Positions 1 through 9,396 are shown, numbered from the stretch's first letter. The stretch: 64,000 nucleotides of DNA from an uncultured bacterium (GCA_943788175.1 CALSPG010000002.1:37317-101316); one strand, 5' to 3'. The notes: generated by a model from the sequence alone, not told the origin. Made by a program: numbers and translations.

Positions 1-471
1 GTCTCCGATATTTGTCACACACCTAACATCTGTCCCTGTAAGTCCTGCGGGATCCCAATTCTCCGCCATATCAGATGAAATAGAGACACCAAATGGACCA
101 ACATGAACCAAACGTTCATTAACACTTAAAATCCCATGAGATAATAAACTCCCTAACCCATTACTCTTGGATAACCATGTCTCTCCATTATCTTCTGTTC
201 TAAAAACACCTTGAGAAGTACAATTATATATATACAAACTGTCATGGGTAAATCCTCTTGTCGGACCACTAGAGTCGTTACCATTGTTTGATAAAGTATA
301 GGTCATACCTTCATCAATAGAAACATAAGCACCCGTTTCTCCTCCCGCAAAATGATATTCTCCTTTTGACCCAAGGGATTGCATATCAAGGTTCTCAGTT
401 CCTGATGCCTGTTCCCATTGCCCAAAAAGTTGAGTAATAAATATTAAGATTATCGTTAAAATAAATTTCAT
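1..471 (-). CDS. Secreted beta-propeller (BNR/Asp-box, WD40/YVTN-like) protein, 3'-truncated by the window edge
   Basis: Manual translation from ATG at 471: MKFILTIILILLTQLFGQWEQASG... signal peptide, with Asp-box-like motifs (SIDEGMTY, RTEDNGETW, SSDMAENW). Not in the ORF track because it runs off the edge. Confidence 0.75.
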   Translation of the reverse strand, partial: MKFILTIILIFITQLFGQWEQASGTENLDMQSLGSKGEYHFAGGETGAYVSIDEGMTYTLSNNGNDSSGPTRGFTHDSLYIYNCTSQGVFRTEDNGETWLSKSNGLGSLLSHGILSVNERLVHVGPFGVSISSDMAENWDPAGLTGTDVRCVTNIGD

Positions 472-578
472 ACTTTAAAGCCTCGTAGAATAGAAATTAT
501 AATGTTGGGAAAGGGGTAAAATTATTAAACTAATAGTAATTCTCTCTTCTCTAATTCTTTTTCATAATCATATCCAAA

Positions 579-629
579 TCTACCCATCATATCGTAAATA
601 GTGATATTAATTAAACCATCTTCTGGTAG
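579..629 (-). pseudogene. Remnant of a FlgD-Ig/T9SS-type C-terminal sorting domain
   Basis: Reads LPEDGLINITIYDMMGR, similar to LPANEFVSINVFDLMGR in the CTD of the 9397-13846 protein. No surrounding ORF. Confidence 0.6.
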
Positions 630-650
630 TATGAATGATAATATTTGAAT

Positions 651-684
651 AAAAGAAAACCTCTCCTTTTAAAGAGAGGTTTCT
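651..684 (-). terminator. Intrinsic terminator downstream of a tRNA remnant and the GH3 gene
   Basis: Stem AAACCTCTC (657-665) / GAGAGGTTT (674-682), followed by a T-rich tract on the minus strand. Confidence 0.7.
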
Positions 685-694
685 GAGAAGTAAC

Positions 695-724
695 TGGTAT
701 TATTCTCGAGTACGCCCGACAGGA
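695..724 (-). repeat. tRNA-Arg 3'-end remnant (att-like copy)
   Basis: 709-724 AGTACGCCCGACAGGA matches 14121-14136 at 15/16. 695-707 TGGTATTATTCTC is identical to 2764-2776. Confidence 0.8.
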
Positions 725-752
725 ATTTTATCAAATACCTTTGGTATACTTG

Positions 753-2492
753 TTAAAATGAAACATTATATGTAACTGGAGAATTACCAGTGAATTTTAT
801 TTCCCCAGTTAAGCCCTTAACCAATGCAAGTTGTGTATTATCGTCTGTCTGATAGCAATTTATTCGACACCAAATACGCGGCATATAGATCAGATTTTTG
901 TAGGGATCTCCAAATCCGATACTAATTACTTTACTTAATGGAAGTTTATTAGCAGTCCACATAGTTAAGGCTTTTGAGTTATTTAGATTTAATGTCCCCC
1001 AAGGATTTCCAGGATTACTATAAAATGCAAAAATAAACTTATCGTATTTAGAGCTTAGATGTTCTAAGCTACTTTCTAACTCAAAATAAGATAAATCATC
1101 TCTAATATCCACCTTATACCCTCTTTTGGATAGTTCTTTCTTCATTATGCTAAAACTTTCGGTTCCTTTTTTCTCTGAAACTGATACTATTAAAAGCCTC
1201 CTTGTTTTTGTAGTGTCTAATGGCAATTGTTTGTTTTTATCTGCTAACAGCGTGATCGATTTTTCGGAAATCTGGTATGCATGCTTTTTATTTTCATCGA
1301 ATTCTTTATCTGATACAGACTTAATTGATGAGTAGTTTCCGTTAAATAATCCAAGCTGTTTTTTCAAATTCCAAACACGGTTTACAGCATCGTTAAGCCT
1401 TTCCATTGGTATTTCTTCTCTTAAGATACGCGCCTCAAGGGAATCAATAATTTCAATCCTTGGCCACAACAAAATGTCTGCTCCCGCCTTAAAGCATTCA
1501 ATTTCGGTCTCTAATTGGTTTTCATAGTAACCTGCTATACCGGCCATGTCAAGTGCATCTGATACCACAACTCCCTTAAATCCCATTTCTTTTTTCAGCA
1601 GGTTAGTCATTAGTTCCTTAGACAAAGTAGCAGGCAAATATTCTCCATTTAGTTTTTCTTTCTGATAGGCAGGAAATGTAATATGACCAGCCATTATTAC
1701 GGCTACTCCATTATCTATAAGGGTTTGAAATACTTTGCCATTTTTTTGTTTCCAGTTATGATAGCTAATCTGTAAGGTAGATGTACTAAAATGCTGATTA
1801 ATAAAATCTGTGCCATCGCCTGGAAAATGTTTTGCCGTTGCTGCTACTCCGTTTTTTTGCATTGCTTTTACTTGATTTGGTAATAAGCGAGTAGCAATGT
1901 TTTCATCGTCACTTATGGCTCTTACGTTGGTAAGAAAATTACCCGGGTTATTGTTCAGGTCTGCTACTGGATGCAGCAACCAGTTGATTCCAATTCCTCT
2001 TGCTTCCTTAGATATAATGTTACCCATTGAATATGCCGCTTCCTCAGAATTGGTTGCCCCTACTCCCATCTCACTTGTAGTTCGTGTAAAGCCCTTTATC
2101 TCTGAGCCAATTCCCGCCTCAAAATCTTCTACATAAAGCATAGGATATTTTGATGCCTTACTGAATTGCTGAACAGTGTTTTGGTAATGTTTCCATAAAG
2201 AATCACTTGGTGCCTCCGGTTTCATGTTCCAATTTGCCAAAAAAACAGAACCTATTGGATATCTGTTTACCAGCGTATATATCGATCCATTGCCATGTTT
2301 GGCAATCAGGCCTTTGTCATATTTGAAACAAACAAGCTGTCCTATTTTTTCGCGTATAGATAATTTTTCCCAACCTCTATCATTATCGAAAGCCTTTTCT
2401 TTATCCATAACTGATTCCTTATTTTCTTTTTTTGTTCCACAACACACTATAAATAAACATATAGTAAGTAGAATAATGTTCCTTTTAATCAT
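753..2492 (-). CDS. GH3 glycoside hydrolase (beta-N-acetylhexosaminidase/phosphorylase-like), lipoprotein
   Basis: GH3 motifs DFEAG, KHFPGDG...QH and VVSDAL. N-terminal signal with Cys. Confidence 0.9.
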   Translation of the reverse strand: MIKRNIILLTICLFIVCCGTKKENKESVMDKEKAFDNDRGWEKLSIREKIGQLVCFKYDKGLIAKHGNGSIYTLVNRYPIGSVFLANWNMKPEAPSDSLWKHYQNTVQQFSKASKYPMLYVEDFEAGIGSEIKGFTRTTSEMGVGATNSEEAAYSMGNIISKEARGIGINWLLHPVADLNNNPGNFLTNVRAISDDENIATRLLPNQVKAMQKNGVAATAKHFPGDGTDFINQHFSTSTLQISYHNWKQKNGKVFQTLIDNGVAVIMAGHITFPAYQKEKLNGEYLPATLSKELMTNLLKKEMGFKGVVVSDALDMAGIAGYYENQLETEIECFKAGADILLWPRIEIIDSLEARILREEIPMERLNDAVNRVWNLKKQLGLFNGNYSSIKSVSDKEFDENKKHAYQISEKSITLLADKNKQLPLDTTKTRRLLIVSVSEKKGTESFSIMKKELSKRGYKVDIRDDLSYFELESSLEHLSSKYDKFIFAFYSNPGNPWGTLNLNNSKALTMWTANKLPLSKVISIGFGDPYKNLIYMPRIWCRINCYQTDDNTQLALVKGLTGEIKFTGNSPVTYNVSF

Positions 2493-2641
2493 TGTATCTT
2501 CCTGCTTCCTGGTTTTTGAATTGGTATATCTTTTAATCTGTCTGGCAATTTATCTGGTTCAATACTTACCGCATCAATTTAAATAATAGAAAACTGATAG
2601 ATATTTTTTCATATCAAAAATTTAACAAATAATGTTGAATC

Positions 2642-2720
2642 TGTGTCCCTTAAAAGTGTGTCCATCATTTTTGTGTCCATCATTTGCTAAATATTGATTA
2701 AGGATGACAAAGGATGACAA
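2642..2720. repeat. Putative integrase arm-type sites (TGTGTCC x3, 15-bp spacing) plus three 10-bp-phased TGAYWA repeats (putative Xis sites)
   Basis: GTGTCC at 2643, 2658, 2673. TGATTA/TGACAA/TGACAA at 2695, 2705, 2715. Same layout as 14002-14065. Confidence 0.65.
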
Positions 2721-2752
2721 AAGAAAACCCCCCGAATAACCGAGGGGTTTAA
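2721..2752 (-). terminator. Intrinsic terminator after the degenerate tRNA remnant
   Basis: AAACCCC...GGGGTTT hairpin with a minus-strand T tract. Confidence 0.6.
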
Positions 2753-2770
2753 TGAGAGATGTGTGGTATT

Positions 2771-2821
2771 ATTCTCTATTACGCCCTACAAGTTTCTAAC
2801 TTGTATGCTTATGCTCCGGAG
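2771..2821 (-). repeat. Degenerate tRNA-Arg(CCG) 3' half; left att site of the integrative element
   Basis: Aligns with 14115-14164. The 14-bp core CTTATGCTCCGGAG (2808-2821) is identical to 14151-14164. Confidence 0.85.
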
Positions 2822-2851
2822 TTATAATACTAATCGCTGTAAGTGCAATTA

Positions 2852-3959
2852 TTATGCGCGATAGTCACTAACCATACTTACCGTGTCCCGGAAAGCAGTG
2901 TCCCGAATTGATAATTTAGTAGAATATTGATATTGTTTTGCTAATAAAGGAAAATCTTGAGCAACCCTTTTAAGATTCATATTAGCATAAACTTCAGTGG
3001 TAGTTACAGAACTATGCCCCATGATAAGCTTCAAATCATAGATAGGCATGCCCTTAATTAAGCTTCTAACGGCAAATGTGTGTCTAAGCGAGTGAAAGTG
3101 CTTCTTTGAATTAATACCGATCGATTTAAGAGCATTTTTTAAACATCTTTGATAAATGATTGCCTTGATCTTTAATCGTAGAGCCATACCCTTCAATTAA
3201 CCACTCTTTATAATTGATAAATATTTTTCTTAAAGAACTGTCCAATTCAATATTTCTACTAGATCCTCCTTTAGACTCCTCGCTTATATCTATCCAGTCT
3301 CCTTCAATGACAGATATAAAAGGTTCTCTTAAACGCATACCAGTTTCAAGGTATAGTCTAAATACATCCTTATAAAATGGATCTAGCCAATCAAGAGCCA
3401 TAATTTCTTCAAATTCTTTCTCCGTGATGTATATTGGATCTTTCTTTCGGACTTTTAATTGTTCTATAAAAGGTATTTTATTTATTCGGTCATTTTTCAA
3501 TAAATAACCAAACATAGTTTTTATAGTACGGAGATGAATATTGATGGTATTAATACTTAAACCTTTAGATTTTAAAAAATCTATAAATCCTATTATATTG
3601 CTAGTTACAATTTCATTAACTGCTTTATTTCCACTTAGATATTTTATTAAATAGTCTGTACCTTGTTTGTTTAAAGTGAGTGTATTTTTAGTAGTATTTC
3701 TACTAGCTAACCACTCATCTGAGGCTTCTTTTAACGTATATTTTTTTACTTTGATCTTGATTTGATTTGATAGCCAGGGAAAAGAGAATGCTACACCTGA
3801 TTTAATACCATCCTCAACTGCGTTAACTTCTGTTAGTCTTTCATAGGCAACCGCCATAGATGAGGTTCTTAGAGGTATTAACTTTTCTTTTTCATCGCCT
3901 TTTATTTGCCACCTTACTCGTGCATAAAACTTTCCTTTTCGATCTCTTAACCTAGCCAT
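2852..3959 (-). CDS. Tyrosine recombinase/phage integrase (split by a +1 frameshift at the T6 run 3135-3140)
   Basis: The two ORFs join into ~368 aa with an N-terminal arm-binding region, SAM-like core, TGMR, HSLRH, MGH and TTEVY catalytic motifs. Confidence 0.9.
2882..2905. repeat. Integrase arm-type site pair inside the integrase 3' end
   Basis: CGTGTCCCGGAAAGCAGTGTCCCG versus CGTGTCCCGGAAATTAGTGTCCCG at 14002-14025. Confidence 0.75.
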
Positions 3960-4005
3960 ATTAATTATACTTCCGATGTCTACATTTGTTCATTAAAATT
4001 AGTTT

Positions 4006-4221
4006 ATGAATGATAAACAAAAATGGTTTATAGTAATATTAGTTGGATGTATAGTCACCCTTTTAACTGCATTAACAGAGACTGATTGGAGATTTCTGAT
4101 TGATGTAACATTATTAGATGGAGGAAGTGAATATCACTACTCAATTAATTGGGTAGGTTGTTTATTAGTGGGTATTTCATTCTCATCCATTACTGGATTC
4201 TTTCTTTTTAAAGATAAATAA
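4006..4221 (+). CDS. Small two-TM membrane protein
   Basis: 71-aa ORF with two hydrophobic segments, filling the gap between int and the rep-like gene. Confidence 0.6.
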   Translation: MNDKQKWFIVILVGCIVTLLTALTETDWRFLIDVTLLDGGSEYHYSINWVGCLLVGISFSSITGFFLFKDK

Positions 4222-4320
4222 TTAGACATGGACAGACGCTCTTTCATTACTATAAATGGTAACTAATAAGATACCCTAGTTTGTAAGGGACTAAATAACT
4301 AAAGATAGCCATTTACACCC

Positions 4321-4863
4321 TTAATTTTTAGGGAGGTTGTTTAATATAGGGTTTAATCCATTAGGGGGCTTAGTACTATTAGGACTATCTTTTGTAAGGG
4401 TGTTATTTTTCTTTTTAAAACGAGTTCCCCTCCCAACTATATAATCTTTTATCTTTGGAATCTCATGCTTCCAATTTTCCTTTGGAAACCTTTTCCAGCG
4501 ACATTCACTTTCTCTAACTCCTTCAATCCATAGAAGTTTGTACTTATTCATGTCTCCTCTTGCCATACCACCGCGATAAGTAACTTTAATGAGTCCTGCC
4601 TCAATTAGCTCATTTCTAGCCCTTATATACGTTGCAGAAGCTCCTAATCCATTTGCTTTGAACTCTCTTTCGGTGAATGAGACTTTTCCATTGTTCGTGT
4701 AAGAAAAATTCTTCTTCTTCCTTGATCCAGTAAACTTTAACTCAGAATAAAAGCACCACATCAAATTTTTAGCTGCCGGCGACAATGCTTGGTAAGCCTT
4801 AGACCAGTATAGCCTATTTGTTAACATAAACGTAAACCGTTTGTCAGGTACTGGTTTCATCAT
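4321..4863 (-). CDS. Winged-HTH protein, replication-initiator-like
   Basis: LSPAAKNL...ATYIRARNELIEAGLIKV...NKYKL pattern typical of phage/satellite HTH Rep N-domains. Lies directly after the xis-like gene. Confidence 0.55.
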   Translation of the reverse strand: MMKPVPDKRFTFMLTNRLYWSKAYQALSPAAKNLMWCFYSELKFTGSRKKKNFSYTNNGKVSFTEREFKANGLGASATYIRARNELIEAGLIKVTYRGGMARGDMNKYKLLWIEGVRESECRWKRFPKENWKHEIPKIKDYIVGRGTRFKKKNNTLTKDSPNSTKPPNGLNPILNNLPKN

Positions 4864-4875
4864 GAAATTATAACC

Positions 4876-5064
4876 TTACCCGTTGAGCCACTCATCAACT
4901 CTAGATCTTTTGATAAGAATACGACCAGTCTCTTTAGATGCTTTAAGATTACCTCTATCAATATATCTACGGATTGTTGCAGTTGATAACTTAGAGTATT
5001 TGACCACTTCACCTATAGTCATCCATTCATCATTATGAATGTTATTTAGTATGTTTTTCATCAT
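4876..5064 (-). CDS. Excisionase-like HTH_17/MerR-type DNA-binding protein
   Basis: EWMTIGEVVKYSKLSTATIRRYIDRGNLKASKETGRILIKRSRVDEWL is a typical Xis/HTH_17 pattern. Confidence 0.85.
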   Translation of the reverse strand: MMKNILNNIHNDEWMTIGEVVKYSKLSTATIRRYIDRGNLKASKETGRILIKRSRVDEWLNG

Positions 5065-5174
5065 TTTCTCCTATATGAATTAATATGATAGGAGAAAACT
5101 ATATATGAGCACCTGCTTGTTATTAGGGTGGGCTAATGGAGCTTACTTTGAAATTATACGACCGTATGAACTAT

Positions 5175-5807
5175 CTATCCCCAGCCTAAATGCTTGCCAA
5201 AGTTCTCAAAATACCTCACTGCTCTTAATTGAAATTGCTTTCTAATTAAATCTTTTTGTTCGTCTTCACCGTTGTATGATTTACCACTTTCTAGAGTTTT
5301 ACCATAATGATCCAATTTATATTCAACGAAAAGATCATATGCCATATCTATCTGCCTAGCTGGAATAAGACCATATTCTTTCATTTGCCAGAAGAAAGGA
5401 CACAAAGCTAAACGTAACATTATATTGTGACCTGCTCTTGGGATTTTTTCTAGTTTTATTTTATCAATAAGAACTTTATATAAACCTCTAAAAAATATCT
5501 TATCATCAACAGTTATTTTCTCTAATGTTTTTTTTTGACCTAAAATAGTTTCTAACTGTTTTATTTCTAGTCTTTTATTGTGTCTGAGGTGGTTGATTGT
5601 TTCTATTTCAAGTTCAGATCTATCGTGCAAGTTCATTTTCATATAAAATATTGCTTTATTTAAGCTATGGGATAACTTCTTGCTTTGCTCAATATCGAAG
5701 CCATGCTCAACAAAAAATCTCATTAGGTTTTCTTTTTCTAATTTGTATTCCTCATTCACTTTTGAGCGAAGAATCTCCATGAAGTCTCTTGATTGTGTCT
5801 TCTTCAT
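5175..5807 (-). CDS. Hypothetical protein of the element core
   Basis: 210-aa ORF co-oriented with xis and rep. Confidence 0.65.
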   Translation of the reverse strand: MKKTQSRDFMEILRSKVNEEYKLEKENLMRFFVEHGFDIEQSKKLSHSLNKAIFYMKMNLHDRSELEIETINHLRHNKRLEIKQLETILGQKKTLEKITVDDKIFFRGLYKVLIDKIKLEKIPRAGHNIMLRLALCPFFWQMKEYGLIPARQIDMAYDLFVEYKLDHYGKTLESGKSYNGEDEQKDLIRKQFQLRAVRYFENFGKHLGWG

Positions 5808-6190
5808 ATATAGATTATCTAGATATACACATTAGTAATACACCTAGAGCAATTCTAATTAGGAGGGTAAAATTCAAACTTGATCCCTCCGCTATATCGA
5901 TTTATCCAGCTTCTCGGAGTATTTTTTCTAACGTCATTGTTTTGATTTTTAGTAGTATGACTAGACGCTTGAAGGTCAGTATCCCCAGGGATTTGTAAGC
6001 TTACAGATTTAAATAAAAATGATATCAAAAGGATACTCAAAAACATTATAGTAACATGTGATTCTTTTATTTGCATACAACTAGTACTTCAACAAACTGA
6101 TAAGTGTTCCAAAATCATTTTTGTAACTACATGATGTATTGTATTTCAACTCAATTGTATAAATTGGAGCAATTAATAAAGGAGTTAATT

Positions 6191-6454
6191 ATGAAATCTT
6201 ATATACAAGGAATGATAACAGGTGGTGTTTTAGTTTTTGCTGCGATTGTTTTTATGGGAGCAAGAGGTGGTAACAATGGTAAATATCAAGTAGCAATCTC
6301 GGGAGAAGATATAATCATACTAGATACGAGTAATGGAATTGGTTTTAGGAGATTTGAGTATGGAAACGATTTGGCTCACGAAAAATTTACTTATGAAAGT
6401 TTTAATGCCTATTTTTTGAAGCAGTTGGATGAAGCTAGAAAGAAAGGTTATTAA
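6191..6454 (+). CDS. Small membrane-anchored hypothetical protein
   Basis: GGAG RBS at 6181 and ATG at 6191 (MKSYIQGMITGGVLVFAAIVFMG). N-terminus is paralogous to 20228-20500. Confidence 0.7.
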   Translation: MKSYIQGMITGGVLVFAAIVFMGARGGNNGKYQVAISGEDIIILDTSNGIGFRRFEYGNDLAHEKFTYESFNAYFLKQLDEARKKGY

Positions 6455-6505
6455 TTAATACTGCAGAACTAAATAGGTATCCAACCTAGCATAAGGAAAA
6501 AATAA

Positions 6506-7051
6506 ATGGGCATTTTAAAAAATTTATTTTCATCTGATCCAAAACAAGCAAAAACAGTTGCTAAGAAAATAAATATAATTTTTAATCATTTTTCTTATTT
6601 ACTGAGAAAAGAGAAACCAGATACAATTAAAAAATTTCTTTTTGAACCCGTTAACCTTTCTATAATAAATACTCTAGTTTCAATTGGGTATAACCAGATT
6701 GATGGAAATAATAACATGAATTCATTTTGGACTGAGAATGAGATGACAAAAAAAGATGCATCAGGCAGACACACTCCTTATGGGTTCACAAACTTAGTTT
6801 TTAGTAGATTAAAAATTAAGAGGATTAGTGTGGATGCTATGTGGAGGGAGTACTGTTATTGGAGAGTTGATAATGAAAGGGATAAGTTTCTACATAATTG
6901 GGGTGTTGGCTTAGGCATGATAATTTATGAAATTGAGGTAGCAGATTATGGTTGGGATTCTGATTATCTAGATGGTTTATTTAATAGACATTTAGAGTTT
7001 ATTAATAGCGAAGGTTACATAAATTATAAAATTAGAGTACTATCAATTTAA
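6506..7051 (+). CDS. Hypothetical protein
   Basis: 181-aa ORF with an AAGGA RBS. Confidence 0.65.
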   Translation: MGILKNLFSSDPKQAKTVAKKINIIFNHFSYLLRKEKPDTIKKFLFEPVNLSIINTLVSIGYNQIDGNNNMNSFWTENEMTKKDASGRHTPYGFTNLVFSRLKIKRISVDAMWREYCYWRVDNERDKFLHNWGVGLGMIIYEIEVADYGWDSDYLDGLFNRHLEFINSEGYINYKIRVLSI

Positions 7052-7830
7052 TTTGTCATCAAATTTCCATTGATGTCATATTCAAGCCTATATACAGTTT
7101 CAGAACCTTTTCTTATGAAGCTAAGTTGTTTATTTCCATTTTTATAAAATTGATCAAGCTGTGTATGATTGAAATCATAGGACATTAACATTTCAATTTC
7201 TTTTTCTCCTGTTTCATAATAACTTATTGTTTTAAAATATTTTTGGTCTGGTATAGTATGAGCCGTGATCTCTGTTACCCCATATTCGGTAATCTTTTTA
7301 AGCATACCGCTTTCATACCAATCATAATGTAATCCAATATTTTCATATTCTCTTTCATCATTAGATGGTTTTTTTAATAATATTTCACCACCATATTTAC
7401 TAGGCTCACCGTTATCATGAAACTCAAGCTTAACATAATAATAAGAAGCTCTAGAAAACTGAGGATCATTTTTCTCAAATTTTTTAGAGAAGATGTAATT
7501 TCCATGGTTTGACTTTATTTCATGCGGTTTATAAACTATCCAAGATTCATCTGTCGGCTTTCCATTAATGTAATCACCTCTAATTAAAAGTTTATTTCCT
7601 TCTAAATAAAAAAGATATTCACCATTTCTAACATTATCATTGTATCTGGTTTTTGACCTTAAATCACCATTAGAGTAATAAGTTTTAACACCTACTAAAA
7701 CCTCATCAAATCCCTTTCCATCATAATAATTAATTTTTTTTGGTGTACCATCCTCCCATCTTGTAATGATCTTTTCTGTTTGCCCAAAACAAACTCCGAC
7801 CAATAAAACGATTAATAGATATTTTTTCAT
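7048..7830 (-). CDS. Secreted MORN2-repeat (YwqK antitoxin-like) protein
   Basis: Signal peptide and repeats such as YYSNGDLRS, WYESGMLK, YYETGEKE, FYKNGNKQ. Confidence 0.8.
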   Translation of the reverse strand: MKKYLLIVLLVGVCFGQTEKIITRWEDGTPKKINYYDGKGFDEVLVGVKTYYSNGDLRSKTRYNDNVRNGEYLFYLEGNKLLIRGDYINGKPTDESWIVYKPHEIKSNHGNYIFSKKFEKNDPQFSRASYYYVKLEFHDNGEPSKYGGEILLKKPSNDEREYENIGLHYDWYESGMLKKITEYGVTEITAHTIPDQKYFKTISYYETGEKEIEMLMSYDFNHTQLDQFYKNGNKQLSFIRKGSETVYRLEYDINGNLMTN

Positions 7831-9149
7831 TATCCTATCTTTGCACTTTTAGTTCTATTACACGATTCACACAGTAATTGAATATTTCTAACAGTGTCTG
7901 CTCCACCTTTAGAATGAGGAATTATATGATCATATTCTAATTTTTCATTAATTCCACATTCAATACATTTACCTTCATCTCTTCTCCAAACTTCTCTCTG
8001 CACTGTTTTAGGTATTGGTTTTCTTTTAGATTGATTGTCACTTTTTTTTCTTTCATCTGCAAAAACGCAAATGTAGTTATCTTCAATATTTGTTATTTCA
8101 TGCCCAGGATAATAAAAAACATTTTTAGGATCATAATTTTTAGGATCAAGTTGATGCCTCAAAGCATCTTTTTTTAATATTCCAGTCTCATCATACCTTT
8201 CGTCGTATTCAATAATTTTTTTAATATAATGATTAAGATCTTTGTAATGATAAATATCATAATATTCATTTTCTGCATTGTAATATTCAGTAGAAAGGGA
8301 AATTCCTTGTTCTAAGATTTCGAAATATCTGATTATACTGTCATGGATTTCATCTTTATCTGATAAATCTAGAGTACTTATTTTTGACCAAGATTTTTTC
8401 ATACATTTAGTACATTGGATTTCTATTCCTGTGCCAGAAGAATTAGTATCTAGTAAATTAAAATATTCCGTGTTGCATTTTTTGCAATTATCAAATTTAT
8501 AATTTTCTTGGATTAGACTTTTTATTTTTGGCTCAAGTATTTCAATCTCTGTTATAAATGCTTTCATTTTAGAAGAATAACTAAAAACGATATCATTGCT
8601 TTTTAACCAATTATCATAATATTCTTTTCTCTCCTCCAAAATATTTTTATAATAAAGAAGATATTCATTATTTTTCTCATCCTGATCAAATTTTTGTTTC
8701 GGTTTACTAAAAGGATTAATCCTTTCAAAATCATTATGATTAAAGACAGCAAGTAAAATAAACCAAATAGATGAAAAAATTAGTACCCCAGCAATCCTAA
8801 ACGATTTTAATTGAATACCTATGCTAGTGTCAAATGCCCCTTCGCCAGAATAATACCAAAAATTTAAATATATAATACTAAAGCAAGCTGAAAGAGCTAA
8901 AAACAAAAATGTTATATAAAAAGAAGTATTAAGACTATGATACTTGCTTACAACCTTATCTTCACTATCACCATTACTAATAGAGTTAAATTTTTCTATA
9001 ATTATATATGACAAAAATATAATTAATGCTGGAATCGATATCGAGATTAAACCAGAAAGAAACCAGTCTGATATATTAGCTCCTTTAAACCATCCATAAT
9101 ATGGATACATTAAAAAGATTATTATAATAATAATTAAAGCTTCTCTCAT
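7830..9149 (-). CDS. Membrane-anchored HNH endonuclease with a Zn ribbon
   Basis: About four N-terminal TMs, CKKC...CTKC, and C-terminal RDEGKCIEC...EYDHIIPHSKGG...NIQLLCESCNRTK. Confidence 0.85.
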   Translation of the reverse strand: MREALIIIIIIFLMYPYYGWFKGANISDWFLSGLISISIPALIIFLSYIIIEKFNSISNGDSEDKVVSKYHSLNTSFYITFLFLALSACFSIIYLNFWYYSGEGAFDTSIGIQLKSFRIAGVLIFSSIWFILLAVFNHNDFERINPFSKPKQKFDQDEKNNEYLLYYKNILEERKEYYDNWLKSNDIVFSYSSKMKAFITEIEILEPKIKSLIQENYKFDNCKKCNTEYFNLLDTNSSGTGIEIQCTKCMKKSWSKISTLDLSDKDEIHDSIIRYFEILEQGISLSTEYYNAENEYYDIYHYKDLNHYIKKIIEYDERYDETGILKKDALRHQLDPKNYDPKNVFYYPGHEITNIEDNYICVFADERKKSDNQSKRKPIPKTVQREVWRRDEGKCIECGINEKLEYDHIIPHSKGGADTVRNIQLLCESCNRTKSAKIG

Positions 9150-9260
9150 ATCGAATCATTTAATTTATATAATCGTTACAGGAATTGGTTGCACATTGCT
9201 GAGATTATTAGACCACTTTTATATAAACAAATCTACAAAAAATTACCAAATAATGCGTGA

Positions 9261-9345
9261 ATGGCTTATTTTAACAAGCCCCACCCCCATAAAAGCTATT
9301 TCAGTTGCATTTATTAAGTTGAAAAATTGGAATTGATTTAAAACA
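9261..9345. repeat. ~85-bp imperfect direct repeat, copy 1 (copy 2 at 13914-14000)
   Basis: Shares GGCTTATT...CCCAC...TATTAAGTTGAAAAATTGGAATT with 13914-14000. Confidence 0.8.
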
Positions 9346-9366
9346 AAAAACCCCACTACTGTGGGG
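9345..9366 (-). terminator. Intrinsic terminator of the large secreted-protein gene
   Basis: CCCCAC-TACT-GTGGGG hairpin followed by T6 on the minus strand. Confidence 0.8.
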
Positions 9367-9396
9367 CTTAATGTGATTATTATTTTTAAGTAGAAA

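Noticed and set aside
3126-3196. Programmed frameshift regulating the integrase
   Set aside because: The same +1 homopolymer pattern occurs in uvrC and other genes, so sequencing error is more parsimonious.
5855-6076. 73-aa minus-strand ORF with a hydrophobic N-terminus
   Set aside because: It competes with an overlapping plus-strand ORF and has no motif support, so I cannot call it.
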